Source: Pseudomonadota bacterium (GTDB lineage: Bacteria > Pseudomonadota > Gammaproteobacteria > Burkholderiales > JABEVD01). Taken from it: a stretch of 45,012 nt of DNA. Numbering within the stretch: position 1 is the first letter of the stretch; the number at the start of each line of letters is the position of its first letter. Made by a program: the position numbers and the translations under genes. Shown piece after piece: positions 27,635 to 34,472 of this stretch. The stretch spans positions 1 through 45,012 of the forward strand of contig JAJZTT010000002.1 of assembly GCA_021848705.1 (NCBI GenBank). Direction: 5' to 3'. The notes beneath the pieces are model-generated. The model was given only the letters and a program-made list of their open reading frames with translations, did not search any database and was not told where the DNA came from.

Positions 27635-27650
27635 TGGCACGCAGATTGCT
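27635..27650 (+). promoter_or_regulatory. Sigma-54 (RpoN) -24/-12 promoter of the PEP-CTERM protein gene
   Basis: TGGCACGcagaTTGCT matches the consensus TGGCACG-N4-TTGCW exactly (GG at 27636-37, GC at 27648-49). The predicted start site is near 27661. SD GGAG lies at 27673-76 and the ATG at 27684. The sigma-54 activator PrsR is encoded in the same locus. Confidence 0.8.
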
Positions 27651-27683
27651 TCCTATAGGGAAAACCAAACCCGGAGTGATAGA

Positions 27684-28469
27684 ATGAAAAGGAAACTCTT
27701 AGCTGCAGCGATCGGAGTGATGACACTGGCCTCCACGGCTGCAAATGCGAACACGATCACCTACACCAGCAACAGCATCGCAAGCGCGGTCAACAACTGG
27801 GGGGGAGGATCATCGCCCAACGGAACGGTCAATCTGACACTCAACAAGTTCGACACCACCCTGGGCACGCTGACCGGCATCACCTTCACGCTGTACGGCA
27901 CCGCCACCGGTTATGTGTACGTGCAGAACATCAACACCCAGGTGACCGCAACGGTAACCCCGACAGTGTCCTCGCAAATCACGATGCAGGATCCCGGCAA
28001 AATCGCCAATCTGGTGGTTACCACCCCGAGCTATACGGCAACGACCACGAACCTGACCAAAAAGGTCAACTCGACCGGCGTTTACGGCGGCACCGACTCG
28101 GCTCAGCTTGCAGTGGGCACGGTTTCTCCGGCACCAACGGGCACCACCAATGTCACTCAGGTTACTGCGCAATCCGCCAATAATTCTTCGAATTATAATT
28201 CCGGATCGCCGCTGTGGAGCTATATCGTGAGCCTGTTCGCAGCCAATGGCGGCGGCACGGTTAGCAGCCCGGTTGGCGCACTCGGAACCACCACGGCAAA
28301 CATGTCCGGTGGTACTCAAAATCTGACCACGCAAACCAATTCCAGCGCATATGCAACCGTGACCTATACCTACTCGCTGCCTGCGGTCGTTCCCGAACCC
28401 GGCACCCTGCTGCTGATGGGTCTCGGCGTGGTCGGAATGGGATTCGCAGCTTCTCGTCGCAAGGCCTGA
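27684..28469 (+). CDS. PEP-CTERM sorting-domain secreted protein (putative exosortase A substrate)
   Basis: 261 aa. Signal peptide MKRKLLAAAIGVMTLASTAANA. Thr/Ser/Asn/Gly-rich, Cys-free body. C-terminal VPEP (PEP at 28392-28400), then hydrophobic helix GTLLLMGLGVVGMGFAA and basic tail SRRKA, which is the canonical PEP-CTERM tripartite signal. Confidence 0.93.
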   Translation: MKRKLLAAAIGVMTLASTAANANTITYTSNSIASAVNNWGGGSSPNGTVNLTLNKFDTTLGTLTGITFTLYGTATGYVYVQNINTQVTATVTPTVSSQITMQDPGKIANLVVTTPSYTATTTNLTKKVNSTGVYGGTDSAQLAVGTVSPAPTGTTNVTQVTAQSANNSSNYNSGSPLWSYIVSLFAANGGGTVSSPVGALGTTTANMSGGTQNLTTQTNSSAYATVTYTYSLPAVVPEPGTLLLMGLGVVGMGFAASRRKA

Positions 28470-28486
28470 TCGCTGATTCGTTCCGG

Positions 28487-28516
28487 AACCCTGCGGGAAG
28501 CTGCAGGGTTTTTTTT
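28487..28516 (+). terminator. Rho-independent terminator after the PEP-CTERM gene
   Basis: An 8-bp stem, AACCCTGC (28487-94) with GCAGGGTT (28503-10), an 8-nt loop, and a run of 8 T (28509-16). It begins 18 nt after the stop codon. Confidence 0.8.
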
Positions 28517-28532
28517 CGTCCAGACCTGAAGA

Positions 28533-30263
28533 ATGGCCAAAAAACCAGCAGCAAAAGCGAAGCCCACGGATGCGTTGAAATCCGCTTTCGCGAACGGAGA
28601 TTACATCCAGGCGGAAAACCTGGCGAGATCGATGGTCCAAAAGCGCCCCGAAGACGCTTTCGCCTGGAAAAGGCTCGGCACGGCAATGCTATTGCAGGGA
28701 AGGCCGGAAGAAGCGCTTCAACCCACACTGAAATCCATCGAGCTTTCCCCGAGAGACAGCGAAACCCACAACAATCTGGGTGTGATGCTGGATCATCTCG
28801 GCAGAAAAAGCGAGGCGTCCGAATCCTTCCGGCGAGCGATCGAACTCGATCCCTGCTACGCGGAAGCGTGCAACAACCTAGGCAATGCGCTGATGTCGCT
28901 CGGCGAAGACATTGATGCGGAGCGGTGGCTGAAGAAGGCGATCTCGCTGAAGCCCGGATACATTGAGGCTCGCAACAACCTTGGCGTGGCATACAGCATG
29001 CTCGGAAGACATCGCGAGGCTGTTGACTATTTCAGACGCGCAATTTCCCACAACCAGGATTATGCCGAAGCGCATTTCAATCTGGGAAACTCACTGCGTG
29101 AACTGGGCCAACACGCCGATGCAGTTCGCAGCCTGGAGAAGGCAATTTCGCTCAAACCGGATTATGCGGAAGCATACAACAGCCTGGGAATGACGCTTTA
29201 CGAACTCGGAAAATCCGATCGGGCAGGAGGATGCTACCTCAAGGCTATCGAACTCAGACCGGGGGATGCAGATTGCCATTACCATCTGAGCACGGTGTGC
29301 AAGGCCGACGCAACGCGCCTCGCATCGCTCGAAGCTCTTCTCGAATCCGCAAGAAATGATTCTGCCAGAATCAATTTGTCCTTCGCGCTCGCCAAGGCAT
29401 GCGAGGATCTCGAGAAATATGACGATGCTTTTGAACATTATTCAGAAGGCAACCGGCTCAAGAAGAAAGTGATCGGTTACGACATCGAAAGGGACAAGGC
29501 GCTTTTCGACAGGATCAGGACATCGTTCAGTGACCTGCGCGAAATCCCGGCACTTTCGCAGCAGGAAATATATCCGATCCTCATCGTCGGCATGCCGAGA
29601 TCCGGGACGACGCTGGTCGAACAGATCCTCGCATCCCACTCCGAAGTGCATGGAGCGGGCGAACTCAACACGCTCAACCGGCTTTGTTACGAACATTTCG
29701 TCAAATCCGCGAATGCCGATCCGAAGGAGATCTGCAGGATCATTTCCTCCCGCTACCTCGAAGACCTGGATCCCCACGGAAAACGTTTCGTCACCGACAA
29801 GATGCCGGCCAACTTTCAGTGGCTGGGATTTCTCCTTTCAGCCCTATCCGGCCTCCGGGTGGTGCATGTTACGCGAGATCCTATCGCAGTCTGTTTTTCC
29901 AATTTCAGGCAGCACTTTGGCAACACCGGGAGCGGCTTCTCCTACGATCTTTCAGATCTCGTGGAATTTTATCGACTTTACGAAAAATTGATGGAATTCT
30001 GGAAGGAGCGATTCCCGGAAAGGATTTTTGAACTCAATTACGAACGGCTCACCGAAAACCAGGAAGCAGAAACGAGAAGCTTGCTTGAATATTGCGGACT
30101 GGACTGGGATGAAAACTGCCTCGAATTCGAAAAAAACATGCGCCCCGTTCAAACTGCAAGCTCAGTTCAGGTGAGAAAGGGGATGTACAGGGGGAGTTCC
30201 GGAGCATGGCGCAGGTACGAAAAGCACCTCGCACCGCTACTCGATGCTTTTGGAAGGAAATAA
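28533..30263 (+). CDS. TPR-repeat / sulfotransferase fusion protein
   Basis: 576 aa. The N-terminal ~250 aa carry repeated TPR units (AxxNLGxAL...A...KAIxLxPxYAEA, at least 6 units). The C-terminal domain has the PAPS 5'-phosphosulfate loop ILIVGMPRSGTTLVEQILASH and later VHVTRDP. Confidence 0.85.
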   Translation: MAKKPAAKAKPTDALKSAFANGDYIQAENLARSMVQKRPEDAFAWKRLGTAMLLQGRPEEALQPTLKSIELSPRDSETHNNLGVMLDHLGRKSEASESFRRAIELDPCYAEACNNLGNALMSLGEDIDAERWLKKAISLKPGYIEARNNLGVAYSMLGRHREAVDYFRRAISHNQDYAEAHFNLGNSLRELGQHADAVRSLEKAISLKPDYAEAYNSLGMTLYELGKSDRAGGCYLKAIELRPGDADCHYHLSTVCKADATRLASLEALLESARNDSARINLSFALAKACEDLEKYDDAFEHYSEGNRLKKKVIGYDIERDKALFDRIRTSFSDLREIPALSQQEIYPILIVGMPRSGTTLVEQILASHSEVHGAGELNTLNRLCYEHFVKSANADPKEICRIISSRYLEDLDPHGKRFVTDKMPANFQWLGFLLSALSGLRVVHVTRDPIAVCFSNFRQHFGNTGSGFSYDLSDLVEFYRLYEKLMEFWKERFPERIFELNYERLTENQEAETRSLLEYCGLDWDENCLEFEKNMRPVQTASSVQVRKGMYRGSSGAWRRYEKHLAPLLDAFGRK

Positions 30264-30315
30264 AGGCATTTGCATATTGACCGCAGCCGCGGATTCCCCT
30301 AGGATTCGAAATCCT

Positions 30316-30401
30316 GCGAAAGTGGCGAAATTGGTAGACGCACTGGATTTAGGTTCCAGCGGGCAACCCCCGTGAGAGTTCGAGTCTCTCCTTTCGCACC
30401 A
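30316..30401 (+). tRNA. tRNA-Leu, anticodon UAG (reads CUA/CUG), type II with long variable arm, CCA encoded
   Basis: Folded by hand. Acceptor GCGAAAG/CTTTCGC, D-arm GCGAAATTGGTAGACGC, anticodon stem CTGGA/TCCAG with loop TTTAGGT, variable arm CGGGCAACCCCCGT, T-arm GAGAG-TTCGAGT-CTCTC, discriminator A, then CCA. 86 nt in total. Confidence 0.93.
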
Positions 30402-30456
30402 TCCATTCCGACTGCGGCGGAGTACACCGACCGCCATACTACAATCCGATGCTTAC

Positions 30457-30729
30457 ATGGAACATGACGACTCAAAAATGGAAACGCTGAATTCTGTGAA
30501 GGCCATTCTCGGCACGACGCTGCACCTGGGAGATCGGATCGAATCCCTGACACCGGATTCGCAGCTTCTCGGAGCCATTCCCGAACTCGACTCGATGGCC
30601 GTCGTCAATCTCATCACCTCGCTGGAAGAACATTACGGATTTGCCATCGACGACGACGAGATCAGCGCAGACACGTTCGCCACGCTCGGCAGTCTCGTCG
30701 ATTTCGTGGACAGAAAACTCTCCTCATGA
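30457..30729 (+). CDS. Acyl carrier protein (exosortase-A-locus type)
   Basis: 90 aa. Phosphopantetheine attachment context GAIPELDSMAVVNLITSLEE (DSM in place of DSL) and an acidic helical protein. The start could instead be the internal ATG at 30478. Confidence 0.8.
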   Translation: MEHDDSKMETLNSVKAILGTTLHLGDRIESLTPDSQLLGAIPELDSMAVVNLITSLEEHYGFAIDDDEISADTFATLGSLVDFVDRKLSS

Positions 30730-31541
30730 ACGGGGGGGGAGCAAAGCCCTTTTTCCTGGAGGCGACCGGGGGAGAGCGCTTCGCCACCCATTTCCCTCCC
30801 GCAGGGCGCTGTCGCGGAACGATCCTTTTCGCGCCGCCCTTCGCAGAGGAACTCAACAAGTCCAGGCGAATGATCGCCATGCAATCCAGGAATCTCGCCT
30901 CCGTCGGCTTTTCGGTCCTCCATGTCGATCTTCTGGGCACCGGAGACAGCAGTGGGGATTTCAGGGATGCCGGATGGGAAGCATGGCAGGAAGACCTGCT
31001 CCTCGGCGCATCCTGGCTGAGGAATCGATACGACGCCCCGCTCCTCCTGTGGGGAATGCGCCTCGGCGCCCTGCTCGCGCTCGATGTCGCACCGAAGATC
31101 CAGCCCGAATCCGTCCTGCTCTGGCACCCCGTCGTCAGCGGGGAGGCATTCACCACACAATTTCTGAGATTGCGCGTGGCGAACGAAATGATGAGCGGCG
31201 GCAAAAAATCCGTGAAGGACCTGAGGCAGGATCTGGCCACGAAAGGCACACTGGAAGTGGCCGGCTACGAAGTAGCCCATGATCTGTTCGAATCCATCGA
31301 CAGGCTGAAGCTTCAGGAACTCGGGATCCCGGGTAAAAGACACTTCTGGCTTGATATCGTACAGGACGAAACCGCCACCATCCCGCCAGCTTCGGCGCGT
31401 GTCCTGGAAGAATGGAAAAATCGCGGCATCGAGACGGAACACATCGGACTGAAATCCGCACAATTCTGGTCCAACCAGGAAATCACCGATGCGCCGGAAC
31501 TCATCGAAAAGACCACCGGCCTCCTTTCAGGAAAGTCCTGA
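30726..31541 (+). CDS. Alpha/beta-fold protein, 'hydrolase 2' of the exosortase A system
   Basis: 271 aa, with an ATGA overlap with the ACP gene. Alpha/beta-hydrolase layout (ILFAPPFAEE..., HVDLLGTGDS), but the nucleophile elbow reads G-M-R-L-G (31053-31067), with Arg where Ser is expected. Confidence 0.75.
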   Translation: MNGGGAKPFFLEATGGERFATHFPPAGRCRGTILFAPPFAEELNKSRRMIAMQSRNLASVGFSVLHVDLLGTGDSSGDFRDAGWEAWQEDLLLGASWLRNRYDAPLLLWGMRLGALLALDVAPKIQPESVLLWHPVVSGEAFTTQFLRLRVANEMMSGGKKSVKDLRQDLATKGTLEVAGYEVAHDLFESIDRLKLQELGIPGKRHFWLDIVQDETATIPPASARVLEEWKNRGIETEHIGLKSAQFWSNQEITDAPELIEKTTGLLSGKS

Positions 31542-32365
31542 TGGATTACAAGGAACACGCATTCACCTTTTCCTGCGGAACGAACCGTCTCCTCGGAATC
31601 ACCACCATTCCTGAACAGGCGCTCGACGTCGGCGTGCTGGTCATCGTCGGCGGCCCCCAGTACCGGGTCGGCAGCCACAGGCAGTTCACCCTGCTTTGCC
31701 GGGATCTCGCAAAATCAGGCATTCCGGCCATGCGTTTCGACTATACCGGGATGGGGGACAGCGAAGGAGATTTGCGCAACTTCGAGGAAGTGGACAAAGA
31801 CATCGCAGCCGCCGTCGATGCATTCCTCGAAAATTGCGAAAACCTGAATCAGGTGATTCTCTGGGGATTGTGCGACGCAGCCACAGCGGCTGCATTCTAT
31901 GCCTGCAAGGATCCCAGGATTTCCGGCCTGGTTCTCCTCAACCCCTGGGTCAGAACGATTGCCGGGGAAGCCAAAGCCCGCATGAAGCATTACTACCTTT
32001 CGAGAATCTTCGATCCCGCCCTCTGGAAAAAAATATTCTCCGGAAAATTCGACTTCTCCGGATCGGCGAAGGATTTTCTCGGGTCGGCCTCCAGTGCATC
32101 AGGGCCTGTCGGCTCGTCTGCCCTGCCGGAGAGAATGAGAACCTCCCTGGAAAAATTCCAGGGTGGAATTCTGTTCATTCTGAGCGGAAACGACCTGACG
32201 GCAAGGGAATTCGACGATCTTGCAAAATCCCCCGACTGGCGCGGGCTGGTCGCCGGGACGCAAAGACTCGATCTTGCAGAAGCCGACCATACTTTTTCCA
32301 GGAGGGAGTGGCGTGATCGGGTCTCTTCCCGGACAATCGAGTGGATCCTGAAGGAGAAATCATGA
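31541..32365 (+). CDS. Alpha/beta-fold 'hydrolase 1' of the exosortase A system, with a Cys nucleophile
   Basis: ORF 31412..32365 is trimmed to the ATG at 31541 (MDYKEHAFTF...), a TGATG 1-nt overlap. Nucleophile elbow G-L-C-D-A (31865-31879), a candidate acid in LSGNDLTA, and a candidate His in AEADHTFS. Confidence 0.78.
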   Translation: MDYKEHAFTFSCGTNRLLGITTIPEQALDVGVLVIVGGPQYRVGSHRQFTLLCRDLAKSGIPAMRFDYTGMGDSEGDLRNFEEVDKDIAAAVDAFLENCENLNQVILWGLCDAATAAAFYACKDPRISGLVLLNPWVRTIAGEAKARMKHYYLSRIFDPALWKKIFSGKFDFSGSAKDFLGSASSASGPVGSSALPERMRTSLEKFQGGILFILSGNDLTAREFDDLAKSPDWRGLVAGTQRLDLAEADHTFSRREWRDRVSSRTIEWILKEKS

Positions 32366-32979
32366 ACGTTGCAACGGCATTCCTGATGACGATATTCTGC
32401 GCCACGGCCTCGGCTGCGGAGATCTGCCCTCCTGCCAACGTCGATGCGAAATACGGGCCTTTCGATTACACAGACCCGGTTGCGGTGGCACAAAATCTGC
32501 CGATCGTCGAAAAATACCACTTCCAGCCGGAAGTGGAGCAACTGGTGCGGGGAGAATCCGGATCCATCATCGGTGATCTCGATTATGTATTGAGATCCTT
32601 CCCGAACCACCACAGGGCACTGCGCTCGCTCACCCGCCTTGCGATGCGGGAGCATTCGGACAGGCCCGATCACGCCCATTTCACCGTGGACTGCTATTTC
32701 AGGCGGGCGCTCGGATTCGCCCCCCAGGATCCCATCGTCCATCTGCTGTACGGGAACTATCTCTATGAAGGCGGAAATGCGAAACTGGCACTGGACCAGT
32801 ATCTGGATGCCGAAAAACTGGCCCCTTCCAATCCGAACATCCTCTACAATGCCGGGCTGATGTATTTCAACCTGAAACAGTACGACGAGGCGCTCTCCTA
32901 TGCGAAAAGGTCTTATGCTGCAGGATTTCCCTTGCAGGGTTTGAAGCTGAAACTCAAAAAGGCGGGGAAATGGCAGTGA
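32362..32979 (+). CDS. Secreted TPR-like protein of unknown function
   Basis: ORF trimmed to the ATG at 32362, which forms an ATGA overlap with hydrolase 1. Signal peptide MNVATAFLMTIFCATASA. The C-terminal half has TPR-like helices (LALDQYLDAEKLAPSNPNILYNAGLMYFNLKQYDEALSYAKRS). Confidence 0.7.
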   Translation: MNVATAFLMTIFCATASAAEICPPANVDAKYGPFDYTDPVAVAQNLPIVEKYHFQPEVEQLVRGESGSIIGDLDYVLRSFPNHHRALRSLTRLAMREHSDRPDHAHFTVDCYFRRALGFAPQDPIVHLLYGNYLYEGGNAKLALDQYLDAEKLAPSNPNILYNAGLMYFNLKQYDEALSYAKRSYAAGFPLQGLKLKLKKAGKWQ

Positions 32980-34311
32980 TCACGCTCTTTTCCTGCGCAT
33001 CCGCTGCGCAACCGTAAGTCGCAGGGAGGAAGCAGGCGCTTCCTCCCGTCCCGGCTCGTCTGGCGCCTTTCCTCCGGCGATCTCCTTTTCCAGCCAAACC
33101 CGGGTGAGCAGCATGATCGCGAGTTCATAATAGGGCAGGTCGAAGTAGTCGAGACTGAGAAAAGCGCCTCCCGTGGCGAAGGCCACCTGGCTCACCTGGA
33201 TCATTCTCGCCAGATTCGCAGCCCACTGGCATCCCGGCTGCCTTTTCGCCCGCTCGATGATCCAGGTTCCATTGCGCCAGGTGAGCAATCCCAGGGAAAG
33301 GAAAAGCGCCAGACCGATGAAACCATGCTCCCCGAGCGCCTGGAAATAGATGCTGTGTGCGGCATGCACATCGAGCGGATTCGGCGCATATTGCGCGAAA
33401 ACCCCCTTGTCATAGATTTCGTACCCGCCTCCGACGAGCGGCCTGTCCAGGGCGAGATTCCATGCCATATGCCAGGCATTGATTCTGCCCATTGCGGAAC
33501 GGTCTTTCTGGTAGGTATCGATGGTGTGCATCCTCTGCATCCATTCCGATGGCATGAAGGTAATCAGCGCCGGAATCAGCAGTACCAGAACCACCCCGAA
33601 AGATCCCTTGCGCTCGGTCTTGAGCCATAGGAAAAGGCTGGAAAATGAAACCGCGATCAGCGCTCCCCGAGAGTAGCTTCCCAGTGCGGAAAAGGCGCAA
33701 AGAAGCATGGAAAGACCCAAACCTTTCTTCACCCAGGGATGGGGCTCGGTAAGTTGCAAATAGCGCATCAGCGGGATCACCATGATGAGGGCGAGCGCCA
33801 GTGCGTTGTTGTCCTCGATGTAGGATCCGGGCGGCCCCCAAACCTTGAAAGAACCTCCGTGAAGTACGGTGAAAATGCCTCCCTTGGTACCGAAAAAACC
33901 GAGCGAGATGACCAGCGCCCAGACCAGCCAGCGGATATGCTCGCGCGAATGGAGCACCGTCAGGGTGACGAAGATCATGGTCAGGGTTTTCATGATGGTG
34001 ACCCAGCGGTAATACACCTGGTCCGGATGAATGGCGAAAATGGAGGTCACGCACATCCATGACATGAACAGGAAAAGACAGATCGTGACCGATCTCACCG
34101 GAAGGTGACGTTTGCTCCCGGAAAAAAGCATGCCCAGAATGGTTGCGATGGCGATGATTTCGGCGAAAGGGAAGCTGTAGGCGAACCCCCAGGAAAGCCG
34201 ATGAGGGTTCATGACGCTGATCCAGACCCACATGATGATCCCGACCGGCGGGTTCCTGAGCATGTACGGGATGGAACCCAGCACGATCGCCGTAATTAGC
34301 AAGTCTCTCAT
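32980..34311 (-). CDS. O-antigen-ligase-like membrane protein ('putative O-glycosylation ligase', exosortase A system-associated)
   Basis: 443 aa, polytopic. The N-terminus MRDLLITAIVLGSIPYMLRNPPVGIIMWVWISVMNPHR and the Wzy_C-like core (SYSRGALIA...; HSIYFQALGEHGFIGL) match this family as I remember it. Confidence 0.82.
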   Translation of the reverse strand: MRDLLITAIVLGSIPYMLRNPPVGIIMWVWISVMNPHRLSWGFAYSFPFAEIIAIATILGMLFSGSKRHLPVRSVTICLFLFMSWMCVTSIFAIHPDQVYYRWVTIMKTLTMIFVTLTVLHSREHIRWLVWALVISLGFFGTKGGIFTVLHGGSFKVWGPPGSYIEDNNALALALIMVIPLMRYLQLTEPHPWVKKGLGLSMLLCAFSALGSYSRGALIAVSFSSLFLWLKTERKGSFGVVLVLLIPALITFMPSEWMQRMHTIDTYQKDRSAMGRINAWHMAWNLALDRPLVGGGYEIYDKGVFAQYAPNPLDVHAAHSIYFQALGEHGFIGLALFLSLGLLTWRNGTWIIERAKRQPGCQWAANLARMIQVSQVAFATGGAFLSLDYFDLPYYELAIMLLTRVWLEKEIAGGKAPDEPGREEAPASSLRLTVAQRMRRKRA

Positions 34312-34472
34312 CGCATCAGGCCATTTTGCATGAATGCGTATTCTACCCTGTTACGGAAGCATCATGCCAATTGCCCGATCCGGAGAGATTTTTGGACCAT
34401 ATCATCAGGGTCTGGGTTATAATTCTCCCTATTCTATGTTCCAATACTTCTGTATTGAAAAACCATATCGGA

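Noticed and set aside
30301-30315. Small hairpin AGGATT-cga-AATCCT immediately 5' of the tRNA.
   Set aside because: It has a 6-bp stem and no U-tract, so it is not a terminator. It is probably just part of the tRNA 5' leader.
30316-30401. Idea that the embedded tRNA, whose DNA anticodon triplet is TAG, suppresses the TAG stop in wzx.
   Set aside because: Anticodon UAG pairs with Leu codons CUA/CUG, whereas an amber suppressor needs anticodon CUA. The match of the letters is coincidental.
30264-30456. The tRNA gene as an integration site marking a genomic island.
   Set aside because: I see no integrase, no IS element and no direct repeat of the tRNA 3' end nearby. The flanking genes on both sides (sulfotransferase/PEP-CTERM gene and ACP/hydrolases) belong to the same functional system.
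30936-30956. GTGDSSG in hydrolase 2 as a G-x-S-x-G nucleophile elbow.
   Set aside because: Its position right after the strand VLHVDLL corresponds to the common D-x-x-G-x-G-x-S loop of alpha/beta hydrolases, not to the elbow after strand 5. The structurally expected elbow is LLLWGMRLGALLAL.
34392-34423. Sigma-70-like pair TTGGAC ... TATAAT upstream of the stand-alone sulfotransferase.
   Set aside because: The spacer is 20 nt by my count, compared with an optimum of 17 and a tolerated range of 16-19. It may still be a weak promoter, but I cannot support that from sequence alone.
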